Part shown: positions 40,201 to 53,061 of the stretch, one piece after another | Layout: every line of letters starts with the position of its first letter | Position numbering within the stretch: position 1 is the stretch's first letter | From: Lineus longissimus | Taxonomy: Eukaryota | Assembly (NCBI RefSeq): GCF_910592395.1 | Contig: NC_088308.1 | Span: 1,550,001 to 1,614,000 of the forward strand | Direction of reading: 5' to 3' | DNA: 64,000 nt | Made by a program: the position numbers and the translations under genes | Notes under the pieces: generated by a model | Databases searched by the model: none | Seen by the model: the letters and a program-made list of their open reading frames with translations, nothing else | What the model was told of the DNA's origin: nothing

Positions 40201-41756
40201 AGCTGTTGCAGAAGAAGTGCTATCATTGAGGTAGTTCCAACAGCCTGGGACCATTCGACTACATCATCATTAAAAGTAACCTACAAGATAATGTTGTTGT
40301 CTTTCAGCACGAAGGATGACAGTGACAAAGACTCGATAGCAGGCCCTCTCTATGGTCTTATAAGTGAGGTGTTTGAATTGAAAGGCATCTTCAAGTGGGT
40401 TAGGAAGTCCTTTATATCATTCGTCCAGGTCACATCTGGGAGGACTATCAACAGGTGAATATCATCATTTGAGGTGCATTCTAATCACAAATACCTTTCA
40501 TTGGTCAGATGTAGTGGGTTAAATTGTTACTTTATTCTCAAGTTAAGGTCATGATGACTGACATTGTTGTACTGTTAATCTTATTAGTATCATGTTTCCA
40601 TTATGAAATATTTCACACATATGACAATGGCTGATCAATATGAATAAAGTCTAGCAAATGCTTTTACTTCGATGTTGTACAGAAAGGCCTAGTGTTAATG
40701 TACATGGAGTTTTAGATAAAAGCATTTGCTAGTCTTATTCTTATCACCCAATTTCTGAAGCTGCGCAAACATTTGTCTATGAAGCATTTGGAGCATAATG
40801 TTACATGTTGTTTCTGAGTATACTAAAGTCCTTGGTGGATACAAGAACTTTTTGAAAGAACCTTACTCAGAACATTTATATTGATTTCAGGCAAATTCGT
40901 GAGACCGTTGACTGGATATTTTCCGAGCCGATGCTCATCTACTACATCCACAATTTAAGGGATTCTATGTGGCCAAATGGGAAACTGGCGGAGTGGGGTC
41001 CTCCACACAGTGATGAAGAGAAGATGAGGACAAGGATGATGGCCAAGCAGATATTTTTAGAAAATAATCCAGATTTCCTGAAGAATTTAATAGGCGAGAA
41101 AAACGCCAAGCAAGGTGCCATAAAGATGTTCGAGTCATTGCAGGATGTAAGACTGAACAAACATCTATTCTATGTAAGTAGAGATGTAAAACTGAAATGA
41201 GAAATATCTGGCCCCAGCAAAAGATTAAGGTTAAAGTCGAGTTTTATTGTCAGATATCAATGAGGGGGGCTGTTATCACCTGACTTTTTAACCTTGGTAG
41301 ATAAGCTGCTTAAATGTTGTTACAACCAGAGCATTTGTCCGTTTATTCACCTAGCAGTAAGGCAAATGACCTGACTGGACTTATGATAGAACCAGGAACC
41401 TCTTGACCACTAGCCCTCAGCCCTCAGGCACTAAATCACAGCCACCAATGGTATTCATGAAGAAGGAAGGAAAAACCTACAGATAAATTGGCCAAAAAAT
41501 ACACCTTTTTGTGTATTTTCTGCTGGTGTGCCATCTGGTATATCATCTTTTATATTATTCCAAACAATAACAAATAGCTGGTATCCTAAGCTATCACAAT
41601 GAACGTTTGTAATATGCAGAGTTGTTGTATATTTTGATGATTCTTTTATTTTGTCCCCAGGTGATTCTTGAGGTCCTTCTCCTGGAGATTTGTCCTGAAG
41701 TTGCTGACTCTCTCCCGCAGCCATTACAGCAGGGGGAGTATGGAATGATAGTGTGA
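32948..41756 (+). CDS. SNX25: Sorting nexin-25 (TM-PXA-RGS-PX-PXC), about 20 exons
   Basis: N-terminal TM helices; PXA (VVRDYVHSWY, DPDYINQ); AASYEDF; QLTVCKVHCEKRIRLLGGPDY; RGS (FWLAVENF, YPSFIVSDVY); PX; SIAGPLYGLISEVFELKGIFKWVRK; QIRETVDWIFSEPMLIYYI...WPNGKL; stop at 41754-41756. Confidence 0.92.
33842..34242 (+). mobile_element. Young 5'-truncated poly(A) retroposon (non-LTR 3' end or SINE) in SNX25 intron 2
   Basis: Pure A-run at 34208-34246 and 11-bp TSD AAAACTACTGG (33831-33841 / 34243-34253). Confidence 0.85.
40629..40749 (-). mobile_element. Diverged, inverted copy of the 118-bp MITE in an SNX25 intron
   Basis: Reverse-complement match to 27133-27250; flanked by AAT/AAT 3-bp TSD. 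Confidence 0.75.
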
Positions 41757-42320
41757 CAGCCACTGATGCAAAGTGTGGTACGAAATGGAACTGCCATTAA
41801 TGTTGGAAGAAAATGTGATGGAAAATTAAAGCTTCTTGTAAAACAGGGGTTGTGGAATGGTAATGAAACAGCTGCATTTATGAATTGTTGATCATAGACA
41901 GAATAATGGAAGGAAACATAAAATTAGTCGTAAGGATCATTTCAAGGCCATGTGTGTGTTTGTGTGTCAGTGGATGTGATAAGATTGTAAATAATGCATA
42001 GATGAATATATTTTTGTATATAATACTGTATTTTTAAGGAATGCTGCATTTGATGGCTTATCAACTTGGTCACAGGTTGTTGACTTAGTGCCATCGCTAA
42101 TACGTGTATCATGATAGAATAAAGATTCTTCAATTCATTACACAAATAATGCGTTGTCTCAATTGAATGGTGGAGAAAGTTTTTTCCACAACTCAAAGGG
42201 GTGGAAACAAGAACCTGATAAGCACCACAATTGGTGAAATAGGTATTGGCACGATCTTGTTCATCAGACTGCCCCTGTCAACTGGAATCAAACACCCAGT
42301 CTCGGGTAGTCGGGCTGTCC

Positions 42321-43138
42321 TGTTGCGACACTTGCCTTGCCCTGTTGACTACTATCCCTGAGATGTATCTCTTGGTTGAGATATGCCTTGCCCTGGGAGA
42401 TCACTGGCACTTGTTGTGACTCTTGCCCTTGCATTGCCTTTGTTGATCACCACTCCTTGCGTGTTTCCTGGTTGTGACAGTATCCTGGTCCTAGTGGAAC
42501 AATCCCTGATATCTCTTGGTTGGAACGCTGTGCTCACCCTGGTTGATCACCAGTCCTTGTTGTTTCCTGGTTGTGACACTATCCTGGTCCTAGTGGAACA
42601 ATCCCTGATATCTCTTGGTTGGAACGCTGTGCTCACCCTGGTTGATCACCAGTCCTTGTTGTTTCCTGGTTGTGACACTATCCTGGTCCTAGTGGAACAA
42701 TCCCTGATATCTCTTGGTTGGAACGCTGTGCTCACCCTGGTTGATCACCAGTCCTTGTTGTTTCCTGGTTGTGCCACTATTCTGTCCTAGTTGATCACTG
42801 TCCCTGATATCACTCCTGGATGTGACGCTGCGCTTGCCCTGATTGATCACCATTCCTTGTTGTTTCCTGGTTGTGACACTAACCTTGCCTTGGTTGATCA
42901 CCGGCCCTCCTAGTTATGACCCTCTATGTACTCTAGTTCATCTCTGTTCCTGGTATGTTTCTTCTGGTTGTGACACTTAACTATTCGATCAATGACCCTG
43001 GTGATCAACTGGAACATGGCGAGTGCCGCAACCTGGAGAAACCACTGGCGGATATCAACTTACGGCAAGGCATTTATCACAACCAGGAGAGAAATGCCAC
43101 GGACAGTGATAAACTAGGGCAAGGCAAGTGTCTCAACA
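42321..43138. mobile_element. Foldback-like element built from ~52-bp subunits
   Basis: Left tgttgcgacacttgccttgccct and right agggcaaggcaagtgtctcaaca form imperfect long inverted arms around internal tandem repeats. Confidence 0.55.
42462..42776 (+). repeat. 105-bp tandem repeat x3
   Basis: tgtttcctggttgtgaca..tatcctggtcctagtggaacaatccctgatatc... near-identical copies (35-aa period in ORF 42383-42790). Confidence 0.92.
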
Positions 43139-43829
43139 AGAGGAAAATATGCTTTATCCAAGGACAGAGATTAATATATCTCATGATTGTAGCCTATTTG
43201 CAGTATACCCCGGTGGGAGGCAGCGGACGGATCGGAGTACCTCTCAATAGCTCAGAATGCGTGTAGGGTAGTAGAGAGAGTGGCATAGTCGACCTGGATC
43301 TGAGTGGTCCCGTGGAAACATCAGCGGCTGATGGACCCTGGTTCCATTTTCGGTTGGTCCAGGTATAGTAATGGGAGAGAGGGCGACTCTCATCCACACA
43401 GTGTAGCTTTATATTGTTTATAATGTCCCAGTTTGTGAGGCTCAGCTCAAGTTGATATTTTTAGAAAGCCACTACACAATGATAGATCAGATAAATCAAT
43501 AAACGATAAGATTGGACGAGAATAGTATTGATAAAATCTGGTTCCTGTCCTGGCGATATTAAAACCGGTTGCAGGTTCAAAAAGGCGAGGCCACCGACTT
43601 GATAACGAGAAATTGATGTCCGAATCAGGCCGTGGGTTCATGGCAATGGATTCACTGACCTAAGTGAATACAAAATAAAGCACTCGATCTCCGACACCAG
43701 TGACAGCCGTGTGCTCCTCTCATCCCGTCGATTTCCTCCTTTGGTGCATCAATACACAATACGATGTGTTCCCAGACCCCAATAATATATCCTATAGTTA
43801 TCAATAAATTCCCCTTTTTTTCTACCGTG

Positions 43830-43955
43830 TAGCGTTAGGGCGTCATGTTTTTGAGGGTACGCCGGGGGGTACGTTCATGTGATAGAGGGCGACTCTCTTC
43901 GACAGCGCAGGTTTCCCCTGGGGTCACGGGCTTTCACCTACTTACATCACAATCG
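43830..43955 (+). mobile_element. Old SINE-like fragment
   Basis: gtgatagagggcgactctc..gcaggtttcccctggggtcacgggctttcacctac resembles the conserved SINE core GGTTTTCTCCGGGTACTCCGGTTTCCTCC. Confidence 0.3.
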
Positions 43956-44329
43956 TCCAATATCAGTCCTTGTTGACGCTCAGCTCTCAACTCAATATTT
44001 TAAGTACATGTAGGCCTAACCTTGGAGTAATTATCTTGACAAGATAATTACTCCAAGGCCTAACCAAATCATCAAACTGCTTTCGGTGCATTTCTGGGTC
44101 TGTGATTTTTGTACAGTTGTCATCTAGAAGTGGAAGGATGATAGCCGATTGAGGCCTGGGCAGCAATCTTATTAACCTCAAGATTACACTGATATCAACT
44201 GGATTTAACCGGCTCGACCGAGTTCAGGAGAGGGACATAAAAAATGAGAGTAATTTGTATTATCATCACAATTGTGTAAATTATTTAATTTCATACATCA
44301 CACCAGGACGGGCCCATTGCGGACGAACC

Positions 44330-46945
44330 ATGCCGAAAGTGAAAGGTTTGTGCTTTAAAACATATGTAACAACATAAATAAACAATATATTCAATTTGAG
44401 GAGTCTTTGGAAACGTGTAAATTCCCTAAATAATGTTATGTAATCGTGTAGGCATAAACCATGTAATGGACTATTGCAGGTCTATTGGAGCGTCTGAATG
44501 ATGGCGAATACGTCATTGTCGCGGAAGGCTACCTTTTCGAGTTTGAAAGAAGGGGCTACCTCACCGCCGGACCTTACACGCCGGAGGTCGTACTGGAACA
44601 CCCCCATCTCGTCAAGAACATGCACGAGGAGTTTGTCCACGCCGGCAGCGATGTCGTTCTTGCTTTCACGGTAAGGAAGCTTTTCAAAAGACATGGTGCT
44701 TCGAGCCTGAGTGCTTTCGTTTCCGTTGGTTTTAGGGCCTCATAGATATATCACGTGCAGGTCAATACCCCAACCTCTAGATTCCCTGACTGTCGTATGC
44801 TCCTCCACTCGCACAAGTTACTGAGCTCGGTCGTTCGTGCCGAGAGTTGGCCTCAAGTTCAGGGTGTGGCTCAGCCGACGTCAGATCAGTGATTTTCCGG
44901 ACGTAAATCATTTTTAGAAACCGGGCTTTCTTCCATCTGTGGAGTTGCCTGTCTTTACATTATTGTATCACCTGCAGAACCTTCTACAAATTTTTCAGTA
45001 TTATGGAAACCGAGAGAAGATGCGTCTGATCGGTTGGCAAGATCGTGTAGAGGAGATGAACCGGGAGGCTCTACGCCTCGCCAAGGAGGTGGCTGACGAG
45101 ACGGGTACACTGATGGCTGGGAACATTTGTAACTCGACCTACTACAATCCGAATGATGAGTCGACATGGGAGGACACCCGCCAGGGTATGGAGGTGAGTG
45201 GAATGGAATAATGCTAAACCGTGCCACTGATTAATAAAGAAGTCCCAAGTTGACAGGGTATTCCTGCCCTCTACTTCTGTATGTTTCTTTGACTTGCATC
45301 TTATCAATGATATGCCCAATTAATCCCTTAAAGAGATATGACATTCGTCACATTCTTGCTTCCAGCAACAAGTTGAATGGGCTGTCGAAGCAGGTGCTGA
45401 CTACATACTGGGGGAAACATTCTTTGAATACGGCGAAGCAAAGATGGCACTGGAAGCTATCCTAAAGAATGGACGAGGTAATCATTTCTATTTCTTCTCC
45501 TCCTTCTAGTTTTGCTTCTTCCTCGCATTCACTCTAACGTTAGTTGTTAGGTGCTGGCCCCACCTGTCTGGTTTAAATAACCATCCCAATTCGCCCTAAT
45601 GTCGAGACCAAAGGGTTCCTCAAACACACGTTAACATCACTGATCGACACCTTTTCAGGGAAGCCAGCAGTTATGACCTGTGCGCCGTCGATTACCGATA
45701 ACGTCCTGTCCCAGTCCATGCCAATGGTCGAGGCTTGTCGCTTGTTGGAGGAGCAAGGGGCGGACGTTGTCGGCCTCAACTGTATTCGTGGGCCCCAGAC
45801 AATTTTACCGATGATTAGAGAGGTCAGGAAGGTCTGCAAGGTGGGTTATTGTTACTTGATTACGCCATATGAGGGATGATGCATTATGTCTTATCTCACA
45901 AAGTGAGAGTCCTGAGCTCGAAAACAGTCCTATTAGACTTATAAACCTCAAGTCTACCGTAGATATACATTATATTCAGTCCATCTAAAACTATAAAAGG
46001 AACGGGTCTACTGACCCCAAATATGTCATTTAAATTGATGAGTTAAAAGAAGGGAACCTGTATGGAGAAGGAGGCGGACTAAAAATGGACGTGCCAGCTA
46101 CCTCCGAGTCGACATGACATGCATGATGAAGCTGATGGTGATGCGTGACACGGAGAAATTAAATAACATCAGATATCCATTAGTTTGGAATTGAACAGTG
46201 TTGTAGCAATGCTCTTGTGTCTTTTGTCGCGGATTATTTGCATTATTTTTTTAAAATTTTGACTGCAGGGCCACATTGCCTGTCTTCCAGTACCATACCG
46301 CTGTGATGCTGAGCACCCAACCATGCAGTCACTCAAAGGACACGACACAGGTAATGCATTTTATTCAGTAAAGCTCATCGTGCCTGCAGGCAATAGCTCG
46401 GGTAAGCACACAAGGGCAATAGCTCGGGTAAGCACACAAGGGCAATAGCTTGGGTAAGCATACAAGGGAAAGACAACAGCTCTCCAATAGAAGCGCAGTA
46501 TCGTCAATCCGTAAAGCATAAAGCGCCCCCCCCCCCCCCAACCATTGCCAGAAGTTAATGGTAGGTTCTTGTTTTGGAAGTACGTTTGTCAGTACAGTGT
46601 GTCGGCTCACCTTTTCCTTTGTTTGATCTTAACTACGAGGTGCGTTCTTTTTCAGGTACTCGGGCTTTTCCAATCGACCTTGACGAATGGTTTGTCGGGC
46701 GAACTGGGGTGGAGAACTTCACCAAGGAATGCATGGACATCGGTGTCAAGTACGTTGGTCTGTGCTGCGGGGGCTCCGCGCACACACTTCGGACCATGGC
46801 GGAGACAGTCGGGAAGAAACCAGCTGGAAGCAGGTATGCGCCAAAGATGGAACTGCATACTCACTTCGGGGACAAAAAGCGTGGAGTTGTCACGTACGAT
46901 ATGTCCATCAGGGATCAGATTGAGGGAGGCATGAACAAAAAGTGA
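44330..46945 (+). CDS. BHMT: Betaine-homocysteine S-methyltransferase-like (bacterial-type clade), paralog A, 7 exons
   Basis: Exons ~44330-44345, 44480-44670, 44999-45193, 45366-45477, 45659-45840, 46269-46350, 46656-46945. Motifs [31 protein letters not shown], and Zn ligands GLNC and GLCCG. Confidence 0.9.
46389..46468 (+). repeat. 26-bp tandem repeat x3 (intronic)
   Basis: ggcaatagctcgggtaagcacacaag repeated three times. Confidence 0.9.
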
Positions 46946-47466
46946 AAACGTCGGTGATCACATACCAAGTCTTATCATATAGACGGTACCTCAGATACCC
47001 CTGCTCTGTCATTTACAATGACGTGTGATCGGACTAGATTTGCCAAAACCGTTGGCCTCCACATGAATGTATACATGTCCGTGTTGTTAGGAAAAAGGAA
47101 TTTTCTTCCCTTGAATGTCATTGTATATCTGACCACATTCCGGGACCACAATTTGCAGGAAATGTTAGTAGCCCGCTGTCAATAACCTACATTTTTCATT
47201 TGTTTGCCATCGTTCAGACGGCGACGTGACAATTGTTCGTACGTAGAAAGCACTTCTGTAAGTGATGTTCGTCAGTTCCTTCGATAGATGTATAGTACTA
47301 GTATATATCCGAAATGCAATAAGAACCAGCTGAAATTATCGCATATACATGTGAAGCTGAAAATAAACTGACAGAATCTTCGACTTTTTTTTACTCTTCG
47401 TTTTGTCCTTTATTTTCTTCTTTAGGTATAATACAATTTTTCTGTAGGCCCTATTTTCTACTCCTA

Positions 47467-48578
47467 TCAGGCGGCAGGTTGTTCGGTTTGGCTTTCCCTC
47501 TGTTCAGGTAGGGGCGACCTCCTGTGCCTCACGACCATAATCACAACCTTAGCAATCGAAAGAACACCAGCTATGCCCAACAACGCTGCTGTGAAAAGTG
47601 AATTCCTACTTGTCGAGTCCCAGTTTTTGGTCAGTCCACCAATCAAAGCAAGGAGCACTGGGATGTATTGGCTGAACTGGTAACGCAAGTATCTGTCATA
47701 CACGAAAGTCTCGATGCAGAAATACAGAACGAGTTCGACAGTGAGGACACCGAGAGACGCAGTGCAGGCGTCCTCCACTGAGACTGGTCCGCGGTACGCC
47801 AAGACTATCGAGAAATTAAGAAGTGTTGCGACACTGATCCATCCACAGTAAAACGCCCACGCGTTGTGGACAAGGATCCTCACCAACCAAATTTCTCGGT
47901 CCCAACCCCACTGCTTCAGCTCCAGCGCCACCGCGTTAAAGTCTCTGTAGGAGCAAAATAACATCAGGTGGACGGTGAATACCATCATTGAAATTACCAC
48001 GAGGCCAGTAATCATCATTTCTCGGTCCCAGAAGAAGATCCAGGTGAGGTTGAGAATCATGTTGATGATGTAGAGAAGGTAAACTTGGATTGGGACGACA
48101 GCTGGAGTTCGGTAGAGGTAGCCATCTTCTCCCTTGCGAAAGATCGAAGCTATGCCGTAGACCAGGAAGATGGCTTGCCAGAGGTAGATGAGGCCCCAGA
48201 TGCTGAAGACCCAGCCTGCTGGTGTAATATCAAGGCTGTAGATGTCGGAGATATCAGCCGTTGAGTTGAGGAAAAGCCCTGAAATGGAAGCAGAGAATAT
48301 TTCCATCGATGGTATAGGATCTCTATATAGGCCAAGTTAAGCTCGCCTTGATAACAGCCTATTAAATGATTTGAAATAAATCGCTGTTCAGTTTGTCAAT
48401 CAACATTGATATTATTCACAATGCTAGCCTACGTACCCAAATCTTTTCCAAATGATGATGCAGCCCCATTAAATATAGCTGTGATAAAGAAGGCCACAGC
48501 AGCTCCGACTATGAGGATGATGCCCAACACACTGTGACCTTGTCGTCCTGAAGACGACTCGCATCTCGTGCATGTCAT
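47467..48578 (-). CDS. Multi-pass membrane protein, TspO/tryptophan-rich-sensory-like family, 317 aa, 2 coding exons
   Basis: Exons 48437-48578 (MTCTRCESSSGRQGHSVLGIILIVGAAVAFFITAIFNG...) and 47467-48278 (LFLNSTADISDIYSLDITPAGWVFSIWGLIYLWQ...FYCGWISVATLLNF); about 8 hydrophobic segments. Confidence 0.8.
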
Positions 48579-49279
48579 GCTGATAAAAATAAAATTGAAG
48601 TTTTTCCAAGAAAGCCCTTCACTTTGAACAGCGAAGAATTCCGTCAGGCAAGTCCGGACTCGACTTCTTGTTGGGTGACGTCAGATCGCAACAGAGCGTT
48701 GTATCACTTGCGACGTCGTAGCCTGCGAAGACTGCTGGGCTGAGTTGTTCAAAACAATGTTGAAATGTTAGGCAGACTTGCGATGATCGAAACAATACAT
48801 CTACCTCATAGTTCATGTATTCTCATATGACAAACCCAGTGGACTTATAGCCTGAACTAACATGCAACGATCGGGAAAACTTATACACGTACCTATTGTA
48901 TACATCAGATAGCGCTCGAGCGTGTGACTACTGACTATTGGAGTTGCTTGGCGTAACCATCAAGGCACCTGTGGCTTTCAATATCCTCTCACGCCTCTCG
49001 ATATGAAGAAAGCCTGAAGCTCAGGATGCCCTTTGACTAATTCTGATTGGAAAAGTCACGGTCCGACACTAATACTTTTTTGCCCCGATGCATCCTCGAA
49101 AATACCAGCTGCCGATTCGAACCATCCTCGGTAGTACTCGAACGCCCGGAATCAGTATAGATCTATGCTGCAGTTTGAAAAGTTTGGATGCGGGGTATGA
49201 TAATGATAATAATGAAAATGTTGACATCTTGTACATGGATGATTAGATAACAAGATAAGGAAGAAGAAAAAAAGAAAAA

Positions 49280-52200
49280 CCTTTTTCAGGATAGGAAAGT
49301 GGGAAAATGATAAGAGAAGGATGATAAAACTAGTATTGCAAAACCAAATGCAGAGAGACATCTTTATTGAGTCAATGAAAAGGCAGAATGTCGACCAAGA
49401 CATCAGGTTCTCTATAGACAGGCCGAAAGAGGACAGAGAGCGGTACAAGGCCCTACGTCAACAGATAAAAGAAAGAGAAAAGAATGGAAGAGACTAGAGA
49501 AGCAGGTCCAGGACAGATTGCCGCGAAAATTTATAAATAGTTCGGGAAACTTATAACATCCTCTTGCAGCATCCTCTTGCAAACAGGGCCTACTCCTTAC
49601 GCATTTTTCTGATTGAGGGAGTAAACATATCGAGGCCACATATCGAGTGATCGATGGCCGGATTTGTCAGGATGTCAAGCCAGCTTCCCAAACTATTTAT
49701 AAATTTTCGCGGCAATCTGTCCTGGATCTGTAGCCTCTTCCGAAAAGAATGGGGAATCTGATTTGGTGATCAGGGATGGTCAAATTATAAAGCGGCCCTT
49801 TCGTCAGGGCCCCCAAGAGGGGGAAAAAAAGGACATCAACATTAGGTCATCTATGAAATGTATTTTCACAAACGCGGACCAGCTTACAAACAAAATGAGC
49901 GAACTTGAGTTAACCTGTAGTGAGCAGCTGCCAGAAGTGGTAGGTGTGGTTGAAGTTGTGCCAAAAAATTCTAGGGAACCTGCCCAAAGTGTGGAAATTC
50001 AACTAGAAGGGTATTCAAGTTTTGAGGTATTGTGCCGGGGGAGCAGGGGTCTGGCTCTCTACTACAAAGATAACCTTGGTGTGGCGCGTGTAACACCACA
50101 AGTTTCCTATAGAGACAGTATTTGGGTAGATACAGCGGGGGGCACGAGGTATGGTCTAATCTACAGGAGCCCTGGGAATAACAAGGCAGATAATGATGCG
50201 CTGATAAATCACTTGAGACACATGTTACAGGTATACACCACGTTCCAAGGAGCTAATCATTATGGGTGACTTTAATTTGCCGGGTGTTGACTGGAATCTG
50301 CTCCAGAGTAATAAGGCCGTTACTGACCCATCCACTATCTTCTTAAATTTTTTCCTTCAAAACTATTTGACGCAGCATGTGGACAAGCCCACGCGGGAAC
50401 CGGGCATAGGCCAAGTCTGTTTGACTTAATACTAACGAGAGATGATGATGGACTAGTGGACGATATCGAATACCTTCCACATCTGGGGGAAAGTGACCAT
50501 GTGGTACTGTGTGTCACTCTGAAGGTGGGGGACAAAGTCATAGGTAGACAAGACGGGGGTCAGACCTTGGGACGTCAAAAATCTCTGAACTATGACATCA
50601 GGGCTGACTTTGAAAAAATGCGCCTAAATGTGAACGGGGAGATGTTATTGGACTGTGTATTGAGGTGTGACGTTGACAAAGCTTGGACTGAGATTAAAAA
50701 TAAAATCTTTGAAATAGAGACCAGATTTACTCCAGTAAGAGGCAAACCCAGAGCCAAGAAAAAGCCACTGTGGGCAAACCCAGATGCTCTCAAGAAAGTC
50801 CGTAAAAAGAAAGAGGCGTTTGCAAGATACCTGAGAACTCGAGAAGGACAAGACTACATAGGGTACCAATCAGCAAGGAGAGAGGCTAGGAAAGCTACGA
50901 GGGAGGCGGTCAAACAGCATGAAGCAAGGATTGCTCTCGATTCCAGGAGAAACCCGAATCGGTTCTGGAGATTGTGCGAAAGAAATGTAAGTCCAAGAGT
51001 AAAATTCCTGACCTTAAGGTAAATGGCAAGGTGGTGACCGATGATTATGAAAAGGCGGAGAAGTTCAACAAATTCTTCAGCAGTGTTTTCAAGGTGGAAT
51101 CACATTTTGAGGATGAGAGTACCGATAGTGACGACACCCAGGCTAACATTGTCATAAAGACCGAGCAAGTAGAAAAGAAGTTGAGGGAGCTGAAGCCTGA
51201 CAAAGCCCCTGGCCCTGATTTGATGTCCCCAAGAGTTTTGAAAGAGCTTGCTCACGAGCTAGCTCCACCACTAGCGGCCCTTTTCAACAAATCGCTGTTA
51301 AATGGTCAGATACCACAGGATTGGAAGAAGGCCCGGATAGCCCCCATACATAAAAAGGACCATAAGTATCTGGTGGGTAACTACCGGCCAGTAAGCCTAA
51401 CATCGGTTGTGTGCAAGGTAATGGAGGCTATAATACGAGACTCGATAATGGATTACTTACAAAAAGGCCAGAAACTCACAGAATCCCAGTATGGTTTTGT
51501 ACCTGGTAAGTCCACCGTGGACAATTTACTAAAATGTAACGAAGATTGGTCAGCTATCCTAGATAGGGCGGGGGGGGGTGCGTCGATGTCTTATTCTTGG
51601 ATTTTAAGAAGGCATTCGACTATGTGCCTCATAGTAGACTATTATCAAAAGTGAAGAGCCTGGGGGTAAACGATCAGTGTGTAAGGTGGATTCGCTGTTT
51701 CCTAGAGAGCCGGTCACAATTTGTGGAAATAGGAAATGGGAGGTCGAGAGAGTCTCCAGTAGTCAGCGGGGTGCCTCAGGGCAGTGTGCTTGGACCACTT
51801 CTGTTTGTTATATTTGTAAACGACATTCCGGCTGGTATTTGGAACACGCTTATGCTTTTCGCTGATGATGTGAAGTTGTACAGGGAAATCAAATCTGTTG
51901 AGGACTGTGAGTCCTTGCAGAGAGACTTAGACTGTCTTCACGTGAAGATAGAAACACCTTTCAGCATTTTTAAGTCAAACTTAATGGTGCTTAAATATCG
52001 CATTTCGTCCAGTGCCGATGGGGAAGACATTGGGAGATGGATTTCAACCCATCCAAATGTCAGTTGCTACGTCTGGGGAGAGGGGCGCCAGCATTTAAAT
52101 ACCGGATATGCTACGAAGAGATCGTGCCGTAAAACTCAGTCAAGGACCTTGGCTATACCACATCGGTAAGCCTGGACCCAGAGGAGCATATTGCCCGAAT

Positions 52201-52960
52201 CTGTGCAAGCGCAACCAGGGTATCCTTCACTATCAAAAGGACGCTAAGGCACCTAGATTCGAGGACTGGAAAACTCTTATTTGCCTCCATGGCTAGATCC
52301 ATATTAGAGTATGCGGCCCCAATCTGGAACAGTACGAAAGTCAAACACATAATGAAAGTCGAGAAAGTCCAACAACGTTTTACAAAGATGATAAAGGGAA
52401 TGTCAACACTGACCTACAGCCAGCGGCTAAGGAGTTTAGACATGTTCTCACTGGCGCACAGGAGGAGGAGAGGTGACATGATCCTCACATACAATCTGTT
52501 TGAAAAGAGCTCTCCCCTCCTGGCGCCATATCATCATGTGAATGATAGATACAATACCAGGGCAACAGCAGAAAACTGCTGGTAACGAGGCCAATGACAC
52601 TGCAAAGAAAGAATGCGTTCATGGTTAGAATTCCAAAGGATTTGAATAGCCTTCCAGAGAGTGTGGTGATGGCGACGTCAATAGATTGTTTCAAAGCGAG
52701 ACTGGACAGGCACTGGGCAAACGAGCCAGGAAAGTTTGCCGAGGTGTAGTGATAGTATAAGGACGGAGTAGTATGTACGCAAATAAACTGTTATTATGAA
52801 CATTGTAAATACATTGCACAGTTCCCACCCTTTTTGTGTTTGAGATTAAGGCAAGTCAGTGGTGCCCGCACGCACATGTTTTCAAGTTAAATCAAGAAAC
52901 GGAACCCGCAAAAATCGACTCGGTTAAATAAGCGGAATACCTATGATGATGATGATGATG
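49280..52960 (+). mobile_element. CR1-group LINE, 5'-truncated in ORF1, frameshifted ORF2 (APE endonuclease + RT)
   Basis: ORF1 end FRIGKW..DRERYKALRQQIKEREKNG/ESDLVIRDGQII; ORF2 MKCIFTNAD..GLIYRSP..GDFN..GESDH; KAPGPD, NYRPVSLTSVVCKVME, DFKKAFD, SGVPQGSVLGP, FADD; (ATG)6 tail. Confidence 0.92.
49486..49741. mobile_element. 256-bp Mutator-like MITE inserted in LINE ORF1
   Basis: Long TIR GGAAGAG..tccaggacagattgccgcgaaaatttataaatagtt and 9-bp TSD GAAAAGAAT (49477-49485 / 49742-49750). Confidence 0.85.
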
Positions 52961-52975
52961 AAAAATAACTGCGGC

Positions 52976-53047
52976 AGATTCACCGGGAGTCGAACCCGTG
53001 ACAAGCCGATCCAAAGTCAAACACTCTTGGCGCTGAGCCGTCAAGGC
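52976..53047 (-). pseudogene. tRNA-derived unit of the dispersed monomer
   Basis: Same 72-nt unit as in the array, but with anticodon loop CTTTGGA and D-stem GCTC. Confidence 0.7.
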
Positions 53048-53061
53048 TCTCATGCTGTAAT

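Noticed and set aside
42383..42790. 135-aa repetitive ORF
   Set aside because: By-product of the 105-bp tandem repeat inside a foldback element.
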